Source: Bacillota bacterium
GTDB taxonomy: Bacteria; Bacillota; Sulfobacillia; JAJZYS01; JAJYTV01
Assembly (NCBI GenBank): GCA_021810725.1
Contig: JAJZIE010000002.1
Location: forward strand, 1 to 46,571
DNA: 46,571 nucleotides
Direction: 5' to 3'
Shown here one piece after another: positions 28,076-36,968 of this stretch. Positions within the stretch are counted from its first letter, which is position 1, and each line of letters starts with the position of its first letter. The notes beneath the pieces were generated by a model, which saw nothing but the letters and a program-made list of their open reading frames with translations, did no database searches and was not told the origin of the DNA. A program made the position numbers and the translations under genes.

Positions 28076-28699
28076 CTATGACGGTTCGGGCCTGTATTCC
28101 TCAACAGCGACCGCCTGTCCACCCACTGCCCACAGCAGGAACCGGCGCACCTCGTCGTCCTGCTCTTCCGATGCGCCACCTCGGCGCAGGCCATACACGA
28201 GGGCCTCGCGCATCGCGCCCAGCACGAGGCGGGCGCGCAGGGCGGCGTCACCTTGCGGGATCAGCCCGTCCTGAGCGGCTTCGGAGAGGTCGGTGGCCAG
28301 AAGCCCGAGGAGCTCCGCCTCGATCACATCCAACCGCTCCTGCACGGCTCGCGTGGCGCCGGACGCCTGTAGCAGCACGATCGACGCGAGATCGCGGCGT
28401 TGCCTGAAGCATCGCAGTACGGCCTGCACCGAACGGTCCAGCTTGATGAGCACGCTTGCGGCGCCGCGGCGCCGCTGCCGCACCTCCAGAAGCACCTCGT
28501 CGTAGAGCAGGGCGATCAGCTGCGCGAAGCACTGCTCCTTCGATGGGAAGTAGAGGTAGAACGTGCCGGTGGCCACCCCTGCGCGTCGGGCGATCGCCGC
28601 GACGGTCGCGGCATGGTAGCCCTGCTGGGCGAAGACGCTGGCCGCCGCGGCGAGAAGCGCCTCCCGGCGATTCGGAGGGCCTTCCTTCGATCTCTCCAT
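28076..28699 (-). CDS. TetR/AcrR-family transcriptional regulator
   Basis: N-terminal HTH REALLAAAASVFAQQGYHAATVAAIARRAGVATGTFYLYFPSKE. Its ATG abuts the stop of the upstream enolase-family gene (CAT|CTA at 28697-28702). Confidence 0.9.
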   Translation of the reverse strand: MERSKEGPPNRREALLAAAASVFAQQGYHAATVAAIARRAGVATGTFYLYFPSKEQCFAQLIALLYDEVLLEVRQRRRGAASVLIKLDRSVQAVLRCFRQRRDLASIVLLQASGATRAVQERLDVIEAELLGLLATDLSEAAQDGLIPQGDAALRARLVLGAMREALVYGLRRGGASEEQDDEVRRFLLWAVGGQAVAVEEYRPEPS

Positions 28700-29809
28700 C
28701 TAGCGCCGCAGCGTCCAGTGGGCGTGCGCCATCGATCGCACCAGGTCCTCGCGTACCTTGTGCCCAAGGCCTGGCCCGTCCGGCACCTGTATGGTGCCCG
28801 CGGACGATACGGTCACTTCGGGTTCGATGATGTCCTCCTGCCAGTAGCGGCTGCTTGCGGCGGTGTCACCAGGCAGGGTGAAGCCGGGCAAGGTGGTGAT
28901 TGCGACGTTGTGCAGCCTTCCCACCCCCGACTCCAGCATTCCGCCGCACCAGACGGGCCAGCCGGCCGCCTGGCAGAGGTTGTGGCTCCTCAGGGACTGC
29001 GTGAGTCCCCCGAGCCGCCCGATCTTGATGTTGAGAATGCGTCCCGAGCCGAGAGAGATCGCCTTCCTGAGGTCCTCCGGCCCGTGGATGCTCTCGTCGA
29101 GGCAGATGGGCGTCCTCAGCTGCCTCTGCAGCGTGGCGTGGTCGATGATGTCGTCGTAGGAGAGGGGCTGCTCGATCATCATGAGGTCGAGTTCGTCCAG
29201 CCGCTGCAGCAGTGGCAGATCGTCGAGCGTGTAGGCGGAGTTCGCGTCCGCCATCATCGGGATCTGGCCGAACTCCCTGCGCACCGCCTTGAGCCGGTCG
29301 TAGTCGACGCCGGGCTTGATCTTGATCTTGAACCGTCGATAGCCTTCGCCGAGGAAGCGCTCCACCTGCTTCAGCAGGAGCGCTTCCGTCGGCTCGATGC
29401 CGATCGAGATGCCGACCTCGATCTCCCGCCGCGTGCCGCCCAAGGCGCGGCTGAGCGACAGTCCGAGCTCCTGCGCGTAGATGTCCCACACCGCGCCCTC
29501 GAGGCCGGCCTTGGCCATCTGATGGCCGCGCACCTGAGCGAAGCGCTCCTGCAGGTCGTCCGGGTGGGTGATGGGCGCCTTGAGGGCCCAGGGGACCAGG
29601 TAGTCGTGGAGTACGGACTGCGCCGTCGCGACGGTCTCATAGCAGTAGAAGGGATCGCGGGAGACGGTCACCTCGCCCCAGCCGGTGTAATCGTCGGTCT
29701 CGGCGCGCACCAGCAGGAACTCCCGGTCGTCCTCGCGACCGAAGCTGGTCTCGAAAGGATGCCGAAGACGCATCCGCAAGGCGAAGATCTCGACCTGACG
29801 CAGTTGCAC
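28700..29809 (-). CDS. Enolase-superfamily o-succinylbenzoate synthase / N-acylamino-acid racemase-type enzyme
   Basis: ORF to 29851; GTG at 29809 lies 9 nt after GGAAGGGAG. Catalytic pattern FKIKIKPG (KxK), DANSAY, MIEQP, LDES and LNIKIGRLGG. No other men genes are nearby. Confidence 0.82.
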   Translation of the reverse strand: MQLRQVEIFALRMRLRHPFETSFGREDDREFLLVRAETDDYTGWGEVTVSRDPFYCYETVATAQSVLHDYLVPWALKAPITHPDDLQERFAQVRGHQMAKAGLEGAVWDIYAQELGLSLSRALGGTRREIEVGISIGIEPTEALLLKQVERFLGEGYRRFKIKIKPGVDYDRLKAVRREFGQIPMMADANSAYTLDDLPLLQRLDELDLMMIEQPLSYDDIIDHATLQRQLRTPICLDESIHGPEDLRKAISLGSGRILNIKIGRLGGLTQSLRSHNLCQAAGWPVWCGGMLESGVGRLHNVAITTLPGFTLPGDTAASSRYWQEDIIEPEVTVSSAGTIQVPDGPGLGHKVREDLVRSMAHAHWTLRR

Positions 29810-29857
29810 GGGTGAAGGCTCCCTTCCAAGCACGGTAAGGGAGACTTCCACTCGCGG

Positions 29858-30223
29858 TCAGGCGTCTCCTGTAGTTCCGACGGGCCGGTTGGCGCCATCG
29901 ACGTGGACGATGCGCGGGGTGATCCCATCGCGCTCTTCCGTGGTGGCGTACGCAAACGCGAGGATGATCACTTCGTCGCCCGGAGCGAAGTGCCGCGCGG
30001 CTGCGCCGTTCGCCCGCACCGTGCCGCTGCCCGCCGGTGCCTCGAGCACGTAGGTCTGCCAGCGGGCGCCGTTGGCCATCGACGTGATCTGCACCCAGTC
30101 GTATTGCTTCAGGTCTGCCGCCGCCATGAGATCGGTGTCCAGCGAGAGGCTCCCCTGGTAGTCGAGGACGGCCTCCGTGACGCGCGCCCGGTGGATCTTG
30201 GAGCGAAGCACAGCGTAAAGCAC
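29858..30223 (-). CDS. panD: Aspartate 1-decarboxylase proenzyme
   Basis: LRSKIHRARVTEA.LDYQGSLSLD contains the self-cleavage Gly-Ser. GTG at 30223 lies 7 nt after GGGAGGA; the track ORF extends to 30310. Confidence 0.85.
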   Translation of the reverse strand: MLYAVLRSKIHRARVTEAVLDYQGSLSLDTDLMAAADLKQYDWVQITSMANGARWQTYVLEAPAGSGTVRANGAAARHFAPGDEVIILAFAYATTEERDGITPRIVHVDGANRPVGTTGDA

Positions 30224-30333
30224 CGCCAATTCCTCCCTGGCCCTTGCCGGGCCCGGGGTCAGCATATGCGCCGCCGGGCGGGCCTGGTCTTCCTCGCGGC
30301 GAGGCGCCATAGAAACAGGCAGGGGGTAACCGG

Positions 30334-30921
30334 ATGCTGAACGCTGTCTGGGCCTTGCTGATGCTGGTTGCCCTTGGCGTCGGTGGCGTGCACGGCACGA
30401 TCGATAGTGTCGGGTCGGGCCTCTTCACCCAGGCCATGCAGGCCGCGAAGCTGGCGATCGACCTCGCTGCCGTGACGGCGTTCTGGTTCGGTCTGAGCCG
30501 CATCGCGGAGAAGAGCGGTCTGCTCGAGACGCTCGCCCGCCCGCTGATGCCTCTTTTGCGTTTCCTCTTTCGCAAGCTTCCCGAGGGGCATCCCGCCTTT
30601 CCGCTGATGGCGATGAACCTCGTGGCCAACGCGCTCGGGCTCGGCTCCGCGGCGACGCCCTTCGGACTCAAGGCGATGCAGGAGCTCTCGCGAGCGATGC
30701 CTGACAAGGAGACGGCGTCGGACGACATGATCCTCTTTCTCGTGCTCAACTCCGCCGCGCTCAACCTGCTGCCGGCCGGGACCATCGCGATGCGGGCCGC
30801 GGCGGGCTCCCTCGATCCCGCCGGCACCGCCGTGGCGTCCACCATCGTCACGGGCGTGGCCTTCGTCTCCGCGCTCATCCTGCACGGGGTATTCCGGCGG
30901 GTCGCCCGCGCGAGCGCATGA
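30334..30921 (+). CDS. spmA: Spore maturation protein A (nucleoside-recognition/Gate domain membrane protein)
   Basis: MLNAVWALLMLVALGVG... and ...NLVANALGLGSAATPFGLKAMQEL, followed by spmB with an ATGA overlap, the classical spmA-spmB pair. Confidence 0.82.
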   Translation: MLNAVWALLMLVALGVGGVHGTIDSVGSGLFTQAMQAAKLAIDLAAVTAFWFGLSRIAEKSGLLETLARPLMPLLRFLFRKLPEGHPAFPLMAMNLVANALGLGSAATPFGLKAMQELSRAMPDKETASDDMILFLVLNSAALNLLPAGTIAMRAAAGSLDPAGTAVASTIVTGVAFVSALILHGVFRRVARASA

Positions 30922-31451
30922 TCCAGGCAGTGGGCAGCGTCGCCGGCTGGCTCGTGCCGATCTTTGTCGCGGCGGTACTGCTGCACGGCCTCTGGCGGCG
31001 GGTGGACCTCATCGCGGAGTTCGTCAGCGGCGCGCGCGAGGGACTGCAGCTGTCGGTCAGCCTGTTTCCTTACCTTCTCGCCATCTATGTCGCGGTGGCG
31101 GCCTTCCGCATGAGCGGAGCCCTCGAGATGTTGAGCGCCTGGCTCGCGCCGGTGCTGCGGCCGCTCGGCGTGCCCGCGGCTCTTCTGCCCCTGCTCCTGG
31201 TGCGGCCCCTTTCAGGCTCGGCGTCCTCGGGACTTGTGCTCTCCCTTTTGCACCAACACGGTCCGGACAGCTTCCTCGGACATCTCGTCTCGACCATCCA
31301 GGGCTCGTCCGAGACGACTCTCTACGTCCTGACCGTATACCTGGGCTCGGTCGGGGTGCGGCGCTCGCGCTACGCCCTGCCGCTCTGCCTCAGCGTGGAC
31401 GCGATCGGCTACGCGACGGCCATCATCGTCGCGGGATGGCTCTGGCACTGA
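30918..31451 (+). CDS. spmB: Spore maturation protein B
   Basis: Hydrophobic protein with LLVRPLSGSASSG and GSSETTLYVLTVY motifs, characteristic of SpmB. Confidence 0.82.
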   Translation: MIQAVGSVAGWLVPIFVAAVLLHGLWRRVDLIAEFVSGAREGLQLSVSLFPYLLAIYVAVAAFRMSGALEMLSAWLAPVLRPLGVPAALLPLLLVRPLSGSASSGLVLSLLHQHGPDSFLGHLVSTIQGSSETTLYVLTVYLGSVGVRRSRYALPLCLSVDAIGYATAIIVAGWLWH

Positions 31452-31520
31452 CCTCATGCGGCTGGAGATCGGCTACAATGGTGGAGACAACCGCCATCAT
31501 GGCAGTCTTGGGGGTAACAC

Positions 31521-32399
31521 ATGCGCGTCGCCAAGGCCGTCGTGCCGGCCGCTGGACTCGGCACCCGCTTCCTTCCAGCCACAAAGGCCCAGCCGAAAGA
31601 GATGCTCCCCGTGGTGGACCGCCCGGCGATCCACTACATCGCTGAAGAGGTCGACGCCTGCGGCATCCGCGATCTCCTGATCGTCACCGGTCGCGGCAAG
31701 CGAGCGATCGAGGACCATTTCGACCGCGCGATCGAACTCGAGCGGCTGCTCCAGAAGACGGGCAACCCGCGTCTGCGCGAGGTGCAGCGTCTTCTCGACC
31801 GTCTGCAGGTCTTCTACGTGCGTCAGGGGACGCCGCGTGGTCTCGGACACGCGATCGGCTGCGCCGAGCGCCATATCGACCGTGAGGATTTCGCGGTCCT
31901 GCTGCCCGACGACCTTTATATCAGCCCGAGGCCCGCCCTTGCGCAGCTGATCTCCGTGGCGGAGCAGCTTGACGCTCCGGCGGTCGCGGTGGTGCCCGTA
32001 CCGCCCGAGGACATCAGCCGCTACGGCGTCGTCGCCGTCGGCGAGGAGATCCAGCCGGGCGTCTTCCGGGTGCTCGACATGGTCGAGAAGCCGCGGGCCG
32101 AGGAGGCGCCATCCCACCTCGGCGTCGTCGGCCGCTATGTCCTTCCGCCGGAGATCTTTGCGCACCTCCGGCACACGAAGCCCGGCGCCGGCGGCGAGAT
32201 CCAGCTGACGGACGCCCTGAGGGCACTTTGTCGCGAACGGCCGCTCTACGCGGTGACGGTGGCGGGGGAGCGTTACGACATCGGCGAGCCGCTCGGACTC
32301 CTGCGGGCGCAGATCAGCTTCGCGCTGCAGCGGCCGGACCTCCGCCAGGGTGTTTTGGAGCTGCTGCGCGAGGTAACGCGGGCGAGCGATACGTTCTAG
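31521..32399 (+). CDS. galU: UTP--glucose-1-phosphate uridylyltransferase
   Basis: KAVVPAAGLGTRFLPATKAQPKEMLPVVD.P.I.Y..EE and VEKP motifs. Confidence 0.92.
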   Translation: MRVAKAVVPAAGLGTRFLPATKAQPKEMLPVVDRPAIHYIAEEVDACGIRDLLIVTGRGKRAIEDHFDRAIELERLLQKTGNPRLREVQRLLDRLQVFYVRQGTPRGLGHAIGCAERHIDREDFAVLLPDDLYISPRPALAQLISVAEQLDAPAVAVVPVPPEDISRYGVVAVGEEIQPGVFRVLDMVEKPRAEEAPSHLGVVGRYVLPPEIFAHLRHTKPGAGGEIQLTDALRALCRERPLYAVTVAGERYDIGEPLGLLRAQISFALQRPDLRQGVLELLREVTRASDTF

Positions 32400-32611
32400 G
32401 CGCTCGGCGAGACGCGCGACTCCCATAAGAGCGGACCCGCCCCAGGGCGACCTCTCCATGGACGCTGTGGAGTTCGACTTCGTCAACCGCGACGACGGTT
32501 GGGCGATCGTCGAACAGGACACCGGCGAGAGCCCGCCCGAGGTTCTACGTACCAGGAACGGCGGGCGGGCGTGGTCGCGGGTCTGACAGGGGACCGGGGC
32601 CCCCAACGCGA

Positions 32612-32645
32612 GCGCGGCCCGGGAGGCGTTTCTCCCGGGCCGCGC
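32612..32645. terminator. Strong hairpin between galU region and the convergent SLH gene
   Basis: 14-bp perfect stem GCGCGGCCCGGGAG / CTCCCGGGCCGCGC with a 6-nt loop. A GCTTTTGG tract lies about 10 nt downstream on the plus strand. It is 32 nt from the SLH gene stop on the minus strand. Confidence 0.65.
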
Positions 32646-32676
32646 CGCGCGTCTGCTTTTGGTGAGTCGCCCGCGA

Positions 32677-35517
32677 TCAGTCGCTCGTGTCCGGGTAGGG
32701 CAGGGCGGTGATCGCTCCGAGCTCGGCGGGTGTCGCCGTCGGCAGGCGGTAGAACGAGATGCCGATCGCGCCGGCGTCGCTCGCCGCCTGGAAGGCGGCC
32801 TGCAGCTCAAGCGGCGTCGGGCTGAACACGCCCTCGGCACCGCTCGAGAACATGTCGTATGTCTGGCCGATCACGCTGACCGGCACATTGGGCAGGCCTG
32901 AGAGCTGGCGGATCAGCCCCACGGTGTCGTGGACGTACTGGTACGCCGTGGTGAAGTCCTCGCTGACGGCCTGGTAGTGCCAGTAGTCCATCGGAGCGTA
33001 CAGCGTCACGTAGGGGGCCAGGGCCGCGAACGGGTAGTCCTCGTGGTAGATCGGCGGGTAGGTGACCGCGATGAAGACGCCGCCCGGTCCCAGGGCCTGG
33101 CGCACCGCCGCCGCGTAGCCGCCGACTGCGGTGGGGCTCAGGTTCTCCTCGATGTCGGCGGCGATGCCGTCCGGCCTGTCGCCGGTCGGTGCGACATAGG
33201 TCGCCACCTGCCGCGTGAGTGTCTCGTCCAGCGGGACGTTCGTCAGATAGGGGTAGACCCAGGCCAGCACGGCGATGCCCGCGTCGTGCGCCTGGTAGAG
33301 GAACGTGCGCAGCTGCGAGCTGCCGTAGAAGCCCCAGCTCCCCTCGACTTCCAGGTAGACGTGGGTCGCGCCGAGACTTTTCAGTTGAGCGAGCAGCTTG
33401 GGTACCGGGGTGGAGGAGAGATCGCTGCCGAGCAGCCAGAAGCCCTTGCCGGCGGCGACGTCCGCGCTCTGAGCGATCACGCGGAACGTGACCCGCACCG
33501 TACCGTAGGCGGGGATCTGCGGATCTTTTACGCTGACGGTCTCGAGGCCCGGTGTCGCCGCCTGGAACACGCCCGCCGCTCCGGGTCCGGCAAGGCTCTG
33601 CGACGTCTGAGCCAGGGTGCCCGCGGAACCCTGCGCCGTGATGGCCACACTGAGCGGAGCCGCCACGGGATTGTCGAAGCGGTCCGCCAGCATCACCTCC
33701 AGGTTGCTGCTCTGCCCCGCGACGACGATGGTGGAGGGAGCGCCGGTGGCGATCAGCTGGCTCGCCGGACCCGGGTTCACGACCCAGCTTGCGGTGGCGG
33801 GCGTGTACCCGGGCGCCGAGGCCTTGAGCTGCCACGTTCCTGCTTCGTCCCGGTCCAGGTTGAAGTGGGCGACGCCGCCCTGGGCGGCGGCGGCCAAGGT
33901 CGCAACGGAGACACCCTGGGGGTTCACGAGCGTGAGCGAAACCTTTGGCGCCGGCGCCGGGGCCGTCTCCTGCACCGACACGCTGGCGGTCGCGGACTGG
34001 CCGGCGGTGACGGTCGGAGGCGAGCCCAGCGACAACTGTCCTAGCGCGGGTACCGTCACCTGCATGGTCGCGTCCAGGTAGGCACCGGCGCCATTGCCGA
34101 GCGTGAGCGTCGCGGTGCCCGGCGAAACCGCCTGCACCTTGAAGGTGAGCCCGGACGCCGTCAGCGAGCCGCTCCCGGATCCTGATACCGTCACCACCGC
34201 CGGGTTGCTCGAAGTCAGGGTGACCGGCGAGGCCTCGCTGGCTCCTGAAGGCAGGCTCGCCTTGAGGCTGGCCGACTGACCGGGCAGGATCTGCGCGGGC
34301 CCCGTGAGCAGCAGGGGACTGGGGAAGGGCGCCGCCAGCACGTCGAACGCCGCTGTACCGCTCGCGAGACCAGCCGCGCTGGCGGTAAGGGTCCAGGGGC
34401 CCGCCGCCGGTGGGGTGAAGGAGAAGCTCGCCTGACCGCCTTGCGCCGTCGCGGTCAGGGTGACCGGCTGGGCGCTGCCGTTGGTCGCGGTGAGGGTGAT
34501 GGCGCGGGAGCCGTCGGCGACGTCGCGCTTGCCGCCCTGGTCGAGCACGGTGACCTGCACCGGCACGGTCGCGCCGGGACCCGCCACCTCAAGGAGACCG
34601 TAGATGGCCAACGAGGTCGCCTGTTCGACGTGGATCGTCATGGCCTTCTTGGCGGTGGAACCGTAGACGCTGGCCATGAGCTGGTAGCTGCCAGGCGTCT
34701 CGGCGCTGAAGGTCGTGCCCGACAGGGAGCCTCCGCTCGCGCTCCACTGGACCTGGGCGGGCACGGGCAATCCGGAGGTGTCGCGGGCAACGGACCAGAG
34801 GGATGTGGACTGCCCGACAGCGATGGAGGTGGAGCCGCTGCCGCCGTCGATGCGGCTGACCACCGACGCCGCCAAGGACGCGATCTTTTGCGGCGAGAGC
34901 CCCAGCATGCGATAGATCACGGTCGCCGCCTGAGCCCGGTCCAGGGGCCCGGCCGGGTCGAAGACGTTCCCCGCGAGGCCCTGCATGATGCCTAGGCGCT
35001 TCGCCACGATGACGTCACCCAGGGCGTAGCTCGGGATCCGACCGCCATCCAGGTATCCCGTGGGCTGGCCCTGCACGTCGCTCCCGACTGGCGCGAGGCC
35101 GATGGCACGCACGCCGATGGTGGCAGCCATGGCCCGGTTGATGGTGGCACCGGGGCTGAACGCCGTAACGCTCGTGCCGAGCATCAGGCCGTTGGCCGCG
35201 GCCGTCTCGACGTCCCCATAGAGGGCGCTCGACGAGGGTACGTCGCCGAAGCGCGGCCCGACGGTCACGATCGGGAGCTTCTCCGCGCGCACGATCATCG
35301 CGGCGAACTGTGCCCGCGTCACGGGAGCGAGGGGATGGAAAAGCCCGTCCGCCTCGCCCTGGATCACGCCCTGCGCGGCAAGCGCATCGATCGCTCCGGC
35401 GGCCCAATAGCTGGAGGGCACATCGGAAAAGGAAGCGGCCGCGGCGGCCGGCGCCGAAGAAAAGGCGAGGGGCGTGAGCAGCGTCACGGCTGCCAGCGTA
35501 CCCAGATATCTACGCAT
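32677..35517 (-). CDS. S-layer-homology (SLH) anchored cell-surface protein with Ig-like repeats and C-terminal TIM-barrel glycoside-hydrolase-like domain (946 aa)
   Basis: ATG at 35517 lies 5 nt after GGAGGTG. Signal peptide MRRYLGTLAAVTLLTPLAFSSAPAAAA and three SLH repeats (FSDVPSSYWAAGAIDALAAQGVIQG; FGDVPSS..YGDVETAAANGLMLG; ...AKRLGIMQG). About 5 Ig-like segments follow, then a C-terminal region (GATHVYLEVEG...AWVYPY...GIAADIEE...YAPMDYWHY). The 1433-aa track ORF is an artefactual upstream extension. Confidence 0.85.
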   Translation of the reverse strand: MRRYLGTLAAVTLLTPLAFSSAPAAAAASFSDVPSSYWAAGAIDALAAQGVIQGEADGLFHPLAPVTRAQFAAMIVRAEKLPIVTVGPRFGDVPSSSALYGDVETAAANGLMLGTSVTAFSPGATINRAMAATIGVRAIGLAPVGSDVQGQPTGYLDGGRIPSYALGDVIVAKRLGIMQGLAGNVFDPAGPLDRAQAATVIYRMLGLSPQKIASLAASVVSRIDGGSGSTSIAVGQSTSLWSVARDTSGLPVPAQVQWSASGGSLSGTTFSAETPGSYQLMASVYGSTAKKAMTIHVEQATSLAIYGLLEVAGPGATVPVQVTVLDQGGKRDVADGSRAITLTATNGSAQPVTLTATAQGGQASFSFTPPAAGPWTLTASAAGLASGTAAFDVLAAPFPSPLLLTGPAQILPGQSASLKASLPSGASEASPVTLTSSNPAVVTVSGSGSGSLTASGLTFKVQAVSPGTATLTLGNGAGAYLDATMQVTVPALGQLSLGSPPTVTAGQSATASVSVQETAPAPAPKVSLTLVNPQGVSVATLAAAAQGGVAHFNLDRDEAGTWQLKASAPGYTPATASWVVNPGPASQLIATGAPSTIVVAGQSSNLEVMLADRFDNPVAAPLSVAITAQGSAGTLAQTSQSLAGPGAAGVFQAATPGLETVSVKDPQIPAYGTVRVTFRVIAQSADVAAGKGFWLLGSDLSSTPVPKLLAQLKSLGATHVYLEVEGSWGFYGSSQLRTFLYQAHDAGIAVLAWVYPYLTNVPLDETLTRQVATYVAPTGDRPDGIAADIEENLSPTAVGGYAAAVRQALGPGGVFIAVTYPPIYHEDYPFAALAPYVTLYAPMDYWHYQAVSEDFTTAYQYVHDTVGLIRQLSGLPNVPVSVIGQTYDMFSSGAEGVFSPTPLELQAAFQAASDAGAIGISFYRLPTATPAELGAITALPYPDTSD

Positions 35518-35628
35518 GGTCCCACCTCCGGAACTGGTCCTCGTCAGCCTTCGATACCAGAGGGACCCTTCCTGCGGAACGCATGTCCAGTTCTCAGAGG
35601 GGAATGCTGGCCTCTGGGAGGCGGTGCC

Positions 35629-36294
35629 GTGCGATGGATTCGTGGTCCCCTGCCCGCTCTGGCGGGCATGGCCGTCCTGTCGATGGCCCTTCTGGCGGTG
35701 ACGCCGCGCAGCGGCCACGCCGCGGAGGTGAAGGCCACGCCCGCGACCTTGACCGTCACGGAGGAGGAGCCGGTGGCAGCGCCAACCCAAGGCGCCACGC
35801 TCTATTTGGGTATCGAGACGCGCGCACAGGACAGCCGTTCCGCGCAATCCGACGCGCAGCAGTCGCTCGAGCGGTTGCGCCAGGGGCTGCGTTCGGCGGG
35901 GGTGCCGGCCAGCGACGTGAAGGTGCAGGGCTACCGCATCGGGGCCTTGCAACGAGGACAGCAGAGCCAGCAGGGCGAGGGCTACATCGTCGTCCAGAAC
36001 GTCGTGGCGCGCATCGCCAAGGCGGAACGGCTCGGCGCCGCCATCGACGCGGCGGTGGCAAGCGGGGCCACGATGGTCCAGGGCACCGCGGACCAGTATC
36101 AGGCGCCGAGCGCCAGCGAGCGGGCGAGCGCCGTGGCCGCGGCCGTGCGGGCCGCGCGCAGCGACGCGCAGGCGATCGCGTCCGCGTTGCAGGAGCCTTT
36201 GGGTCGGCCCCAGGTGGTCAGCGTACATATGCGGCACATGTCCGCGCCGGGCCCCAGCTACGCGATGCAGGTGCAGGTCACGTTCGCGCGCTGA
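35629..36294 (+). CDS. SIMPL/DUF541-family periplasmic or wall-associated protein
   Basis: GTG at 35629 lies 7 nt after GGGAGG. Signal peptide, then a SIMPL-like pattern (LYLGIETRA.DS..AQ......L.RL...L...GV...D.K...Y.I... and ...A...A..DA...A..L). Confidence 0.75.
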   Translation: MRWIRGPLPALAGMAVLSMALLAVTPRSGHAAEVKATPATLTVTEEEPVAAPTQGATLYLGIETRAQDSRSAQSDAQQSLERLRQGLRSAGVPASDVKVQGYRIGALQRGQQSQQGEGYIVVQNVVARIAKAERLGAAIDAAVASGATMVQGTADQYQAPSASERASAVAAAVRAARSDAQAIASALQEPLGRPQVVSVHMRHMSAPGPSYAMQVQVTFAR

Positions 36295-36307
36295 AGGCAG
36301 ACGCCAA

Positions 36308-36335
36308 GGACCCGCCGCTGGCTGGCGGCGGGTCC
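36308..36335. terminator. Bidirectional terminator between the SIMPL gene and minC
   Basis: 11-bp perfect stem GGACCCGCCGC / GCGGCGGGTCC with a TGGCTG loop, between convergent stops at 36294 and 36351. Confidence 0.6.
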
Positions 36336-36350
36336 TCGCGCTGCTCCCGG

Positions 36351-36968
36351 CTAAGTTGTCTGACGGGCGGGCGAGCGGCGGCCGGACTTGGCCGCCCAAG
36401 GCTCGACGACGATCTTGCCGTCCTCGAGATGCGCGTACTCCGCGCCACCGGGCTCCGTCGGTGCCCCTTGGGCGATGGCCCCGGCGATGCGCACTTGCGT
36501 CGGCTGAAGCTGCTGCGCGTAGATGATGGCGCCTTCGTTGCCCTCGGCGCCCGCCCAGGCGAAGCCGCGCAGGGCACCGACCACGATCACGTCGCCCGTG
36601 GCCACGAGGCGGCCGCCGACATGGACGTCGCCCAGCACCACGAGATCCCCCTGGTGCGTGACCTCCTGGCCGGAGCGCACCGTCCTGCGAACCACCTTGG
36701 GGTCGTCCCCGCGGGCGGGCTGCGCATGCGGTCTTGGGCCGATGCTGGCAAGTCCGAGCGTCGGGAAGCGCCGCATTGCGTCGCTGATCGCCGCCAACAG
36801 CTCCGGCGACATCGTGTCGTCGGCGGTCTCCACGGCGATGCGGGCGTTGCCGAGGAATCCGGCGGCGCTTTCGAGGCTTTGGATGATTTCTCCGACCACG
36901 GTCTGAGGGTTCGGGCGGGGACCGATCACGAGACGCACACCACCGCGCCCGCCCTTCAGCTGGACCAG
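36351..36968 (-). CDS. minC: Septum site-determining protein MinC (orphan, no adjacent minD/minE); start codon uncertain
   Basis: C-terminal beta-helix pattern RSGQEVTHQGDLVVLGDVHVGGRLVATGDVIVVGALRGFAWAGAEGNEGAIIYAQQLQPTQVRIAG. N-terminus LVQLKGGRGGVRLVI resembles B. subtilis YVTIKGTKNGLTLHL. GGAGGTG at about 36981-36987 is followed in frame only by GTT/CTG codons. 36968 is a CTG; the next canonical start is GTG at 36938. Confidence 0.65.
   Translation of the reverse strand: MVQLKGGRGGVRLVIGPRPNPQTVVGEIIQSLESAAGFLGNARIAVETADDTMSPELLAAISDAMRRFPTLGLASIGPRPHAQPARGDDPKVVRRTVRSGQEVTHQGDLVVLGDVHVGGRLVATGDVIVVGALRGFAWAGAEGNEGAIIYAQQLQPTQVRIAGAIAQGAPTEPGGAEYAHLEDGKIVVEPWAAKSGRRSPARQTT

Noticed and set aside
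26465-29815. Plus-strand ORFs 26465..28081 (538 aa) and 28400..29815 (471 aa)
   Set aside because: They are antisense to the family-5 SBP, tetR and the enolase-superfamily gene, all of which have strong motif support and proper RBSs on the minus strand.
29637-30986. Minus-strand ORF 29637..30986 (449 aa)
   Set aside because: It overlaps panD off-frame and is antisense to spmA. It is a low-complexity Arg/Ala/Pro-rich translation.
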